From contig CAVUVW010000007.1 of assembly GCA_963745035.1 (NCBI GenBank), forward strand, positions 1-43,220: a stretch of DNA of 43,220 bases, written 5' to 3'. How positions within the stretch are numbered: the first letter of the stretch is position 1; each line of letters begins with the position of its first letter. The DNA is from an uncultured delta proteobacterium. Lineage in GTDB: Bacteria > Desulfobacterota > Binatia > UBA9968. Below are positions 30,490-39,681 of this stretch, piece after piece. The translations under genes and the position numbers were made by a program. The notes below the pieces were generated by a model that was given only the letters and a program-made list of their open reading frames with translations, did not search any database and was not told the origin of the DNA.

Positions 30490-30504
30490 GCAACCGCCGT
30501 ACCA
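30490..30504 (-). promoter_or_regulatory. sigma54 (-24/-12) promoter
   Basis: TGGTACG-GCGG-TTGC, one mismatch to TGGCACG-N4-TTGC, correct GG-N10-GC spacing, upstream of riboswitch. Confidence 0.65.
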
Positions 30505-30781
30505 AAGGCTAAGATGTGGCAGTTAAGCAGATTTGGGAGTCCCAATGTAAACGGCTACCTCCGAAGTCTAAACAAAGTTGTGCAGTCGATAACGAATCAA
30601 ATTCCACAGATTTCCACTATGCGGTTATGCTCTTCTGTTCGCTATCAGAAACTGAATCACCAACCGCTACCGTTTGCGCAAATCGTGTTCGCTGATCCAT
30701 TCATAAATTCGGGATCCTCGTGCAATCCTCCCTAAAAGGTGTGTGTTGCCTTCTGCGCCCCCCGCCGTGTTACGCTACACG

Positions 30782-31175
30782 GTCGGCCGCGGCGCGCTCG
30801 ACGAAATGGTGAGCGACCACGAGGAAAAGCTGGTGCTGATTCGCTCCGCACAGCGCGGCCTCATCATGCCAGTTGCACCACGCAACGAGGTGCGCGACTT
30901 CGATGCGATCGGCAAGGGCAACGGCGCGCCGCTCACGCCCGAGGCGTTCGAGCTCGCCACCGGATTGATCGAGAATTATCCAATCCGGAGTTCGAGCCGG
31001 AGGCGTACACCGATCCCTACCGTACCAAGGTGCTTTCGATGTTCGAGGAAAAATCAAAGGGCCGGGAGATCACGGTCCCGCCGCGCGCGGACAGGTGATC
31101 GATATCCTAACGGCGCTCAAGCAGAGCCTGGGAGAAAGCCAAGCCGCGCCCGGAGGTTTCGGACAAGATAAATGA
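30782..31175 (+). pseudogene. ku: Ku (NHEJ) C-terminal half relic
   Basis: EKLVLIRSAQRGLIM..NEVRDFD..ELATGLIE / EFEPEAYTDPYRTKV..KSKGREI / QVIDILTALKQSL across three frames; N-terminus missing. Confidence 0.75.
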
Positions 31176-31196
31176 GGTCTTTAAAGGCGAGCAGGG

Positions 31197-31280
31197 AAAG
31201 AAAAAGCCCCTGACGAATCAGGGGCTCAAATATGGAGCGGGTGAGGAGGGTCGAACTCCCGACCTTATGCTTGGCAAGCA
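31197..31280 (-). repeat. att site: tRNA-Gly 3' half (31233-31280) plus terminator hairpin, copy 2
   Basis: 84-bp direct repeat of 38810-38893 with two mismatches (CAAATA vs TAAAGA). Confidence 0.95.
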
Positions 31281-31748
31281 AAAAAGGTCCGGGGGCAAGC
31301 ATTGAAATTATTCACTAATCGCCCGCATTGTCCCTGCGCTCCCCCGGACATTCCGCCGAAAAGTACAAAATTTTTCACTTTTTAAGCGGGTCCAAGTGAA
31401 CAAAAAGGCCTCCGAGACTGCAACTTCGGAGGCACAAAGTTTTCGGGAGGACCCGTCCATGAAACGTCACTGGCATTTATTCAAAGCGTGTGCAGCGCTG
31501 CGCGTTGTGTAGGAGCATGGCTCGGCATTCGGTCCGTTGCCAATGTTTTGAAAACTCGTCGGGGCCATTTTTTTAAAAGCATCAGAGACTACTAACAAGT
31601 ACCACGCCAAACTAAAACCCCCTCGCATTTTCAAGCGTTCCCGCACCGAAAAACTACACTGTACAAGGCCGTTTCGGCGGTAGTTCACGCACAAAAGGCG
31701 GACAAAGTATCGCGCCTTTGCAAGTCCGATCCTCTGAGACTTTGACGT

Positions 31749-32414
31749 TTATTTCAACCGCGAGATTTGGGCGACAGCAGAGTTGTTGTCGCTGTCTGTT
31801 GGGAGCCAGTGGAGTTGGCCGATATGGGACCTATAGGTTTTGAACCGGAATTTCTCCTCTCGTCGCCAAAAAAGAAAGGATGGCCGGAAACTCACCCTTA
31901 GTTCAACGTCAGCGGAAAACAATTTCACAACGGAATCACTTTCGGGGATGCACGGAACATTATCTGTTTCGTTTGGCCTAAGAATTGGCTTGTCGAGGCG
32001 GCGATCATGAAACAACTGATTGTTGAGTGTATTCCTACTTGCGAACTCGGCTTTCCGAACAAAGCAATGATATTTCACAGAGTGAACCGAGAAAGGGCCG
32101 TCGTTGGACACAACAAAAGGGCTTCGGTCTAGCAGAGGAAATTTCTGGCCGAGGGTGGTGGGGGTGGATACGGATATTCTAGGCAAAAGGGCGAAAACAC
32201 CTACGATGAGACCCAAAGAGGCACCTGCCGCTATTAAAACTCCCCAGTTTTTGAGCCAAAAGGCACTTGACGCCAAGAATCCAAAGTTTATTCGCGGAGT
32301 TGATACAACGGACCGAGCCACCGGGATTTCCGCATTGAATCGCTTCCTCTGCGACGATAGTTTTTCTGACCGCGGCCGTTTTCTCTTTTTTTTACGTTTT
32401 TTTGATTTAGACAT
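31749..32414 (-). CDS. Hypothetical single-TM protein with basic N-terminus
   Basis: MSKSKKRKK..; TM WGVLIAAGASLGLIVGVFALLP; beta-rich C-terminal domain. Confidence 0.6.
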   Translation of the reverse strand: MSKSKKRKKKRKRPRSEKLSSQRKRFNAEIPVARSVVSTPRINFGFLASSAFWLKNWGVLIAAGASLGLIVGVFALLPRISVSTPTTLGQKFPLLDRSPFVVSNDGPFSVHSVKYHCFVRKAEFASRNTLNNQLFHDRRLDKPILRPNETDNVPCIPESDSVVKLFSADVELRVSFRPSFLFWRREEKFRFKTYRSHIGQLHWLPTDSDNNSAVAQISRLK

Positions 32415-32545
32415 GAAAAACCGAAACGGCTCCAAAGTCTGTACCAGTCCCGCCGCCCGGCGTCACACTGAATCAAAAGCGTCCAAAAAGCGCAATGCTC
32501 ATCTGAGCAAAGGCAGATGTTATGTTCGCACCGCTGGAGCCGATT

Positions 32546-32821
32546 TTAAATGTCCAGATTACCCAGTTCATGCAAGGTCATCTTCGGTTTTTGTTCAATC
32601 ATCCGTATTGCATGATCTAAAAGGTGTGGGCCGATGTTCAGCAAGGATCGACACTCCGATCCACCGGTCTTCTTCAGGGTAATTACGATGCACTCTATGG
32701 CGCCGTGCTGTCGTTTGGCGCTGATAACGATGTCGCTTAACCCCGGCTGTATGTCACTGTCGCGGGCTGAGCTTGGGACCGCGTATGGCGGCCAAAATCC
32801 TAGTCGGTGCTTTAGCTTCAC
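32546..32821 (-). CDS. Hypothetical protein
   Basis: 91-aa ORF, no recognised motif. Confidence 0.4.
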   Translation of the reverse strand: MKLKHRLGFWPPYAVPSSARDSDIQPGLSDIVISAKRQHGAIECIVITLKKTGGSECRSLLNIGPHLLDHAIRMIEQKPKMTLHELGNLDI

Positions 32822-33200
32822 AGATGTGGGCCCCTAAACCGCGGATTCGAATGAATGGCCCCTGAAAGCTCACAACTCTCAGAGGCCGAAAATCCAAAAC
32901 GTCTACCATGTTCCATTCGGAAAGCCACGTTCTCATGCTATCAGCGTATCGTACCCAATAGCGGGAGTAGCAATCCTGGCAGCGAAACAGGCGTGCATTT
33001 ATGGGGCTGCTCAAGAAGCGTTCCCAGCGGCTGCGACGAGAACGGTGGACGTCATGACTGCCGCAACGAATCCGCCACAGGGTGACCGCCGATTAAATCA
33101 CGGGATCGAGGCCGTATGATCAAACTGATTCATCCGATCCCTTCATAGACAAGCTGATCAAGAAAACGAGCGCGGCGACACCTTCCAGCCTGATGGATCA

Positions 33201-33372
33201 ACCGGCACCACCGCCACGGCGATCAGCGGCGACTATGCCGGCGCGGCGGGCTCGAATCATGGCTTTGTAAGCTATGACGAGCTTTGGGGTTATACGTCTG
33301 AAGCATCAATCCGGCTATGGGAAGAATTGACTCCCGTTCCTACCCGCAAAACTCTATCCGCTTCATTTCACC
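33201..33372 (+). pseudogene. Phage terminase large subunit fragment (Walker B region)
   Basis: Manual translation TGTTATAISGDYAGAAGSNHGFVSYDELWGYTSEASIRLWEELTPVPTRK; no start, flanked by stops. Confidence 0.6.
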
Positions 33373-33482
33373 CCGCTATCCTTGTCCAGTTAATGCACCA
33401 ATTTTTCCCAGGTGTGACTCTATTTCAAACGTTGTGTACTCCAAAAGATCCCAGAACTCCTTAATCCTACACTTCTAGGTCA

Positions 33483-33498
33483 CGGCAGAATCTTTGCT
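33483..33498 (+). promoter_or_regulatory. Possible sigma54 promoter
   Basis: CGGCAGAATCTTTGCT with GG-N10-GC spacing about 40 bp before the response regulator. Confidence 0.4.
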
Positions 33499-33536
33499 CT
33501 TGGGCTCTTCTGATCGAGGATCGAGTCGATACAACA

Positions 33537-33896
33537 GTGATCTTACTCGTTGAAGACAATGCGATAAGCAGGCATGCGCTTGCTGCGATCCTTGTTAGAT
33601 GGGGGCACGAGGTCATCCAGGTATCAGACGGCGAGCATGCGATTACCACGCTCGCAGAAGGGCACCCGATCACACTAGTGATCACGGATTTGGCAATGCC
33701 CAAAATGACGGGTTTCGGTGTGCTCACCCATATCCATCAAAGATGGCCAAACCTTCCGGTAATCTTGACTACGGGTTACCTCTCGCCCCAAGTGGCAGAG
33801 TCGATCCTGAATGAGAATGTTAAATTCCTTTCTAAGCCGATAGACTTCAATGAGCTGCTCACCACTATTGAAGGATTCACCACTCCTAGTGTTTAG
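33537..33896 (+). CDS. Single-domain response regulator (CheY-like receiver)
   Basis: ILLVEDN, ITDLAMPKMTG, LTTGY, SKP motifs. Confidence 0.9.
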   Translation: MILLVEDNAISRHALAAILVRWGHEVIQVSDGEHAITTLAEGHPITLVITDLAMPKMTGFGVLTHIHQRWPNLPVILTTGYLSPQVAESILNENVKFLSKPIDFNELLTTIEGFTTPSV

Positions 33897-33959
33897 CGCA
33901 AAGAATGTCTGGGGATGAGCTACGTCTGTTGCTCGTGTTCCCCAGCGGCTTTTGGACCT

Positions 33960-34376
33960 ATGTCACACGCTAAAGCCCTACGAGTGATCGGGCAGACACT
34001 CGATACTGCCGGGATAACGACGTTCAAGTTGAACAAATGTGCGGAGTTTTACGGCTTATGGACCGCCGATTATGTGTTCTGCTTCGCGGCGGATGATATT
34101 TGCCGTCTCGATAGCAATGCGCAAAAGAGACGAAAAAACAATTCAATGCCAATCCGATCAACATTGCTCTCTCACCAGCTACGGGCCTTGGGCGATTATC
34201 TTGATAGAAGGGAGGTAACCACGTTTCGCATCGTGTGGACGGCTGATTCTGCTCTTCTAGATTACGAACAACTTGACGGAGACCGAACAAGTAAGGCTTT
34301 TACACCTGAAGAATTGCGACAGCTGGGTGTACACCGAAGTTTATTCCGCTCCACCCAGTATCTTCTGCATCCCTGA
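33960..34376 (+). CDS. Hypothetical protein with internal LRxxGxxLD repeat
   Basis: ALRVIGQTLD and QLRALGDYLD repeats. Confidence 0.6.
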   Translation: MSHAKALRVIGQTLDTAGITTFKLNKCAEFYGLWTADYVFCFAADDICRLDSNAQKRRKNNSMPIRSTLLSHQLRALGDYLDRREVTTFRIVWTADSALLDYEQLDGDRTSKAFTPEELRQLGVHRSLFRSTQYLLHP

Positions 34377-34706
34377 TGGTATTCGCAACGCCCGACCGAG
34401 CTTTGGCGGTCCTATCCATTCACCAGCTTTCGTAAGGCCTCCGCCACGCGAGAACCTGTCAAGTAGAGCCGTCGGTTCTGCGATTACTTGGCGGCGATTG
34501 TGATCAGAGGCGGGAACTGCTTTCCATTCTTCGGTTTTCAACGCTTAAACCGTCCGGCCGACAGCGAATTTTAGCGAGAAAATCTGGACGAATCGCGAAT
34601 ATATGTTTGAGCAAGTCTAATGTCTCGGCTCCACAGAGGATGCGAACAACAACGGCACCATTCTCATCAGGTTTCCTAAAGGCCCCCTGAATTATCGAGG
34701 AACCGA

Positions 34707-35199
34707 ATGAGACGAGGACCAGCACCAAAACCGACCAGATTAAAAGCGATTGCCGGCAATCCCGGCCGCAGGCGACTCAATGAAGCCGAGCCGGAACCGA
34801 AACTGGTTGAAAGTCTCGAGCCGCCGATCGAGCTTGACGAACTTGGCCAACGGTTTTTGGAATTACGACGCAGCTCTTCTGCAGCGTTGCCGTGTTCTTT
34901 CCGAGGCCGATGTCCATGCTTTGGCCGCGGCTGCGCAATGGTGGAGCGTGTTTCAGCGATGGATGAACGATCTGAGTGGAGCGCTGACGCAAATCACAGT
35001 CGCCAACGGCGAGGTCGCCAAGCCGACAGTCACCATTGCAAGACAGGCATTCTCACAATGTTGGTCGATCATGCAGGCGTTCGGCCTCAATCCTGGAGAT
35101 CGATCCAAGCTGCGCGCACTACCGCCGGAAGCGGAGAGTGACGATCCCGCGGCTACGTATTTCAACAATCGGCATGGGGCGAAAAGGTTCCTGGCATGA
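34707..35199 (+). CDS. Phage terminase small subunit, P27 family, frameshift in T-run near 34855
   Basis: RGPAPKPTRLKAIAGNPGRRRLN then W..L..ADVHALAAAAQWW..FGLNPGDRSKL. Confidence 0.85.
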
Positions 35200-35631
35200 A
35201 GACCGCAATCCGCACCCGCGCTGGTGATTTGATGATGAGCTTTCTCGCCTATATGGCTGACTTCGCCAAAGATCCAGAAGCCTTTTCCAAATCCGGATTA
35301 CTTCAGGCGCCGGCAGGCACGATGGATGACATCGCCGCTGGAGAATGGCGCCGCGTTGCCCCGGCTGTACGAGATGGATCGCCTTTGGCCGCGAGAAATT
35401 CTCGGCTTACACGCTTATGTGACGGCGTATTCCCACTGGTTTCAGCTGAGTAAAAAAGCAGAAACCTTGAGCGAGCTGCGACCTCATGTCGACGAAGCGC
35501 ATGCGTATTTAAAGCAGCTCGCGCGGAGCTTTGATTTTTTTCTGAACAACAGCAGCCGGATGAACCTCGAGCAGCCGTTACCGCTACAAACGAGACACAA
35601 GAAGACTAAAACGAAGGCATTGCGGGGATGA
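35196..35631 (+). CDS. Second P27-like terminase small subunit paralog, frameshift near 35360
   Basis: PAGTMDDIAAGEWRRVA-RLYEMDRL..ILGLHAYVTAYSHW..FFLNNSSRMNL parallels the P27 core; ATGA-coupled to terS. Confidence 0.55.
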
Positions 35632-36270
35632 AGCGAGTTAGCGCGTCAGTGGAAATCGGGAAATATGTTGGCGGCAATGCTCCTACTGGTCGGAAAAGAG
35701 AAGACATGAAAAATCCTTCGAGGCGGCAGATGAAGTTGGCCTTACCGACTGATCCAAAAATCATTGAACAGCTCAGTGTCCCACAGGCGGTAACCGTTCG
35801 AGCATTACCGTCTCGCCCGAGGAGGTTATGTAAACCGAGCCGCAGCTTTCGCATAGCCAAGCTGTCTCGTGGAGTAATACGATTTGTGCCCGTGTGGCAT
35901 TGGACAGTTGCGCAAATTCCAGAACCCCAACCGGCCTTTGTGTTCCAATCCCGCAATTGCCAGGACAACCCGCTTTCATGGCCTACGCCCCAAGTGTCAT
36001 GAAAACAACCGCAAGTATCGGGCCAATTCTTTGTTATTCGCAACGTTGGCGACGCGCGGCGCGACAAGCTGGAAGCACTGCAAGGCTGCCACCCGCGAGC
36101 GCATGAACGTGAGCAAACCTGACCAGCAGGTGCGTTGCCAGTCTGGTTATCCCTTCCAGCCGGCGGCGTGCCGCGGGAAATCAAAAATCAAAATGTGGAT
36201 AGAGGCACCATCAACCAAGGCGCAAAAGTATCGCATCGAGCCGTTAACGGCAGGAAAACAGGTATCGTGA
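35628..36270 (+). CDS. Hypothetical, fragmented ORF(s)
   Basis: Coupled by ATGA/GTGA overlaps at both ends; no recognisable motif. Confidence 0.25.
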
Positions 36271-36449
36271 ACGTTTGTCAGAACCCCATTTGCCGGACTT
36301 CCCTTCCGCCCGACTCACGCGAGAGCCGGCGGTTCTGCTCGGATAAGTGCCGGCTGGACGGCTGGGCGCTCAATCGCGCGGCCAAAATTCTGGCCAAGGT
36401 ACTGCCGGCGGAGTGGACCACCCTCAAGGCCGCGGAGGCCGGCAAGTGA
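36267..36449 (+). CDS. Small zinc-finger protein
   Basis: VCQNPIC..RRFCSDKCR; GTGA overlaps at start and stop. Confidence 0.6.
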   Translation: MNVCQNPICRTSLPPDSRESRRFCSDKCRLDGWALNRAAKILAKVLPAEWTTLKAAEAGK

Positions 36450-36696
36450 CCGAGGAATATCTCACTGTCGAGCAGCTCGCGCAGCGCGCTTGGGCTGGAC
36501 ACCTAAGACCGTGCAAAACAAGATGAGCGGTAAGGATCGGATTTTTATCCGCGGCGTTCACTACGACAGCCCGCCGGGGTTGCCTACCCTCTTCCGCTGG
36601 AGCGCCGTGCTTTCGCTCTATCGCTGGAGCGACACCGCAGCACCCGCGGCGGAAGGCGCGCGAATCCCCATGGCGCGCGGATACGAAATGAAATGA
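36446..36696 (+). CDS. Excisionase/winged-helix DNA-binding protein, frameshift in GCGC run near 36488
   Basis: MTEEYLTVEQLAQR / LGWTPKTVQNKMS..GVHY..LFRWSAV; GGAGG RBS. Confidence 0.7.
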
Positions 36697-36703
36697 GACG
36701 GCC

Positions 36704-36738
36704 TTGACAGTTTGATGATACCGCTGTATATATAGCGG
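36704..36738 (+). promoter_or_regulatory. sigma70 promoter with overlapping 18-bp operator
   Basis: TTGACA-17bp-TATATA; CCGCTGTATATATAGCGG near-perfect palindrome; ATG 8 nt after -10. Confidence 0.6.
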
Positions 36739-36739
36739 C

Positions 36740-36925
36740 ATGACAAGAAAATCCAAGGTTAAAGCCGACGTGATTGCCAAAATATCGCTTAACTTTCCCA
36801 AAGATCTTTGGATGGATCTCAAGCGCCGGGCGCTCGAGGATGAGGAGACGGTAACCGATATCCTGGTGCGTCTCGCTGCAATGTACGTCCGTTCAGGCAA
36901 AAAAAGGAGATCTGCCCTGTCATGA
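36740..36925 (+). CDS. Ribbon-helix-helix protein
   Basis: KISLNFPKDLWMDLKRRALEDEETVTDIL pattern. Confidence 0.7.
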   Translation: MTRKSKVKADVIAKISLNFPKDLWMDLKRRALEDEETVTDILVRLAAMYVRSGKKRRSALS

Positions 36926-37032
36926 GTATCTTGCGGCAGACTTTCGAACTTTCGGCGGACCTCTTAGAGCCAACTATCGATGCTTTGACTGACAGTGAAT
37001 TGCTGAAAGAACGGGTGATTCGTGAGTTCTGA
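36922..37032 (+). CDS. 36-aa acidic peptide or frameshifted N-terminus of next gene
   Basis: MSILRQTFELSADLLEPTIDALTDSELLKERVIREF; AGGAGA RBS; ATGA overlap with RHH stop. Confidence 0.35.
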   Translation: MSILRQTFELSADLLEPTIDALTDSELLKERVIREF

Positions 37033-37576
37033 TCAACCGCCGCCGTCAGAAAAGGTAACTAGACTTGAAGCAGCTGAGCGGCAATTAAATGTTGCCATTC
37101 GGATGTTCTTTGAGCGGAAAGACATGATCGCTGTTCACACGCTTGCAGCAGCTGCACAGGGAGTGTTGCGTGATCTGGCAACGCCGAAAGGGTTGCTGGG
37201 CATCTTCGAGATAGGAATCGATTTTTTAACGAAGCCTCACCTTCAAAAAGAGCTCCGAAGAGCTTTCCGACAAGCGCAAAACAATTTTAAACACGTGGAC
37301 CATGACCCTAATCCGGATGCCGAGATGAGCTTTTTTTTCGGCGCGACGGAATTTTATCTCTTTGATGCTGCATATCTATCCCATCTCCTAACCGGCCGGT
37401 ATACATCGGAAACAGCGGTACTGACTGCGTACATGCTGATAAAGTATCCGGGCGCCTTTGATTTCGAGGGAATGCCGGAACTCGAAAAAAAACTCAACGA
37501 GATAAAAGTGAGTTACACGGAGTTTACGGAGTTTGATGTACTGCGCGACATGATTGATCTATGGCCTGCAAAGTAA
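37022..37576 (+). CDS. All-helical hypothetical protein, possibly HEPN-like
   Basis: EAAERQLNVAI..DMIAVHTLAAAA..QNNFKH resembles HEPN architecture (inference). Confidence 0.55.
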   Translation: MSSDQPPPSEKVTRLEAAERQLNVAIRMFFERKDMIAVHTLAAAAQGVLRDLATPKGLLGIFEIGIDFLTKPHLQKELRRAFRQAQNNFKHVDHDPNPDAEMSFFFGATEFYLFDAAYLSHLLTGRYTSETAVLTAYMLIKYPGAFDFEGMPELEKKLNEIKVSYTEFTEFDVLRDMIDLWPAK

Positions 37577-38903
37577 AAAGAGCCGCTGGCGGCGCGCACC
37601 TTGCCCTCCAGCTCATGTGGGATGGTATCCGGAGTTGGGAGACGACCCGGCTTGAGGACACGCCGGAGAATCGGAAATTCCTCGAAGCGTAAGCAACGAT
37701 CATTTCGCGCGAGATCAAACTCCGGACGTTCGATTATCTGAAGCACTTTCCCGACGGCAATAAGGCGCACCTATTTCGCCGGGAAGCGCCCTACCCTACC
37801 GCCCCGTCGACAGTGAGATCCTATTTCGAAAAGTGGATCGAGCGGCGAAAGAATCAGGTCCGCCCGCAGCAGGTGAAATGCGAGAAGTCGTATTTCACAA
37901 AACACATTCTCCCGGCCCAAGTCTCCGGACAAGAGTTCGGTGATCTTTATCTTTCAGCTTTGGGAACCAGCCACCTTCAGGAGCTTCAGGACGCGCTACG
38001 ATCAAAGAGAATCGGCGCTCAGCGCGGCTACAAGTCAGCAAGCGTCAATAAGTTCATCCGCGCCCTTCGGGCCATGACAAAAGACGCGCGGCGGGCCGGG
38101 GCGATGACGGCAAAAATCTTCGACCCGGATCTCTTCTCCCAGCTTCCGGAGACCGACAGCGAGAGTCAGATTGACCCTTATTTGCCTGAAGAACGGGAGC
38201 AGATCCTGCAGGGCTTTCTCGAGAACCGCCGGCATTATCACCCGTTCGTCTTTCATCAGTTTTGGACGGGTTGCCGCCCAAGCGAGGCCTGCGCTCTGCG
38301 GCGCCGGGACGTCGACCTCCAATATGGCTGGGAGCGGATCGAAAAGAGCCGCGTTGGCGGAGAGGAAGATGGAACGAAGACCGGCCCCAGCAATCGGCAG
38401 ATCAGGATCCACGAAAACCTGCTTACGGTGCTCAAGGATCACGTCCGCTTCATGCTCGAGCCCGACGCCTATGTATTCACGACCCCGAGCGGCACGCCCA
38501 TAGAGGAGAACAATTTCTACAAGCGGGGGAATGGCTGCCAATGCTGCGAAAGCTCAAGATCCGGCCGCGGCCGTTCTACAACACCCGGCACAGCTACGCA
38601 TCGTTCATGCTGTCGATCGGCGCCAAGATGAATTTCATCAGCGCCCAGACCGGTGACCGCGAAGAGACCCTCAAGAAGCACTACGCCCGCTACATTGGAG
38701 ACATCGACCCGCAGCGGGACTGGATCGAGAACCAAATCAGAGAAAGTGAAAAATCCGCCGAAAAAGGTGAAAAATCGGGACTTACCAAGTCAGCATCCGA
38801 AACCCGGAAAAAGAAAAAGCCCCTGACGAATCAGGGGCTTAAAGATGGAGCGGGTGAGGAGGGTCGAACTCCCGACCTTATGCTTGGCAAGCATACGCTC
38901 TAG
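37561..38903 (+). pseudogene. int: Tyrosine integrase with N-terminal arm-binding domain; in-frame TAA at 37690 and frameshift near 38525
   Basis: MACKVK..LEDTPENRK..*..TFDYLKHFP; TGCRPSEACAL, TKT, YNTRHSYAS, AQTGD, HYARY. Confidence 0.88.
38814..38839 (-). terminator. Intrinsic terminator of tRNA-Gly
   Basis: AGCCCCTGA-TTCG-TCAGGGGCT-TTTT on minus strand, 6 nt after CCA. Confidence 0.8.
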
Positions 38904-38922
38904 CCAACTGAGCTACACCCGC
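38846..38922 (-). tRNA. tRNA-Gly(GCC)
   Basis: GCGGGTGTAGCTCAGTTGGCTAGAGCGTATGC-TTGCCAA-GCATAAGGTCGGGAGTTCGACCCTCCTCACCCGCTCCA, full cloverleaf with CCA. Confidence 0.97.
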
Positions 38923-39084
38923 AGCAAGATTTTTTCTACCTGATGCGCTCTGCTTTGTCAATTTTCCCGTCCTCCAGTTATGGTCCAAACGAATGAATCC
39001 GCGCCGGCTTGTAGAAAAATGACAGTTGGATGACCGGCATCTTGGGGTGAGGGATCTGCTTTCGAGTTAAGACCGCCTCCGGCC

Positions 39085-39657
39085 CTAAGCGCGGCTCAGA
39101 CGCGCCGCCCGAAGTCGGAAAAACTGCACGTGATAGTTGATCCCCGACCAGAGGGCGATCGCCGAGGAGAGCACGAGGAAATACACGCCCGCGGCAAAAA
39201 AATCGAAACCCCAGTATTCATAGTGCACCAGCAAGCCGACCACAGCATACGCCTGCAAAATAAATTTGTATTTCCCGAGAGTCTCGGCCTGCATCACGAT
39301 GCCTTCGGTCAGGGCGATGCCGCGTAGAACCGTCACAGCCGTCTCGCGCGCCAATACCACGACGACCAGCCACGCCGGCACGCTCGGTTCCTGCGGACGG
39401 TCGATGGCGGCCAACATAATGAGCGCCGAGGCGACCATCAGCTTGTCTGCCAGCGGATCGAGAATCTTGCCCAAGTCGGAGACACTCTTGTTGCGCCGCG
39501 CCAGATAGCCGTCAAAATAATCCGTGACCGATGCGACAAGAAAAAGTACCGCGGCTAATAGAGACGACCAGCGGTCCGGGAAGGTCAGCAAATAGACCAA
39601 AACAGGAATGATCAGTATCCTACAGAGGCTGAGTAGGTTGGGGAGCGTCCAAACCAC
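39085..39657 (-). CDS. pgsA: CDP-diacylglycerol--glycerol-3-phosphate 3-phosphatidyltransferase
   Basis: LPNLLS, TDYFDGYLARR..GKILDPLADK; followed by tRNA-Gly as in many bacteria. Confidence 0.93.
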   Translation of the reverse strand: MVWTLPNLLSLCRILIIPVLVYLLTFPDRWSSLLAAVLFLVASVTDYFDGYLARRNKSVSDLGKILDPLADKLMVASALIMLAAIDRPQEPSVPAWLVVVVLARETAVTVLRGIALTEGIVMQAETLGKYKFILQAYAVVGLLVHYEYWGFDFFAAGVYFLVLSSAIALWSGINYHVQFFRLRAARLSRA

Positions 39658-39681
39658 GGGCGGGCTCTCGTGAAGCGCTTA

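Larger units (their letters stand above)
27885..31280. mobile_element. Integrase-less mini-island between tRNA-Gly att copies
   Basis: Bounded by direct repeats; AT-richer than the left region; carries adhesin-like gene, riboswitch and Ku relic. Confidence 0.75.
31233..38893. mobile_element. 7.6-kb integrative element (phage satellite-like or decayed prophage) at tRNA-Gly
   Basis: Direct repeats at both ends; tyrosine integrase, excisionase, terminase genes; no capsid, tail or primase seen. Confidence 0.85.

Noticed and set aside
27885-31280. Additional functional tRNA-Gly genes at 27885 and 31233
   Set aside because: Both lack the 5' acceptor strand and D-arm; they are att duplications
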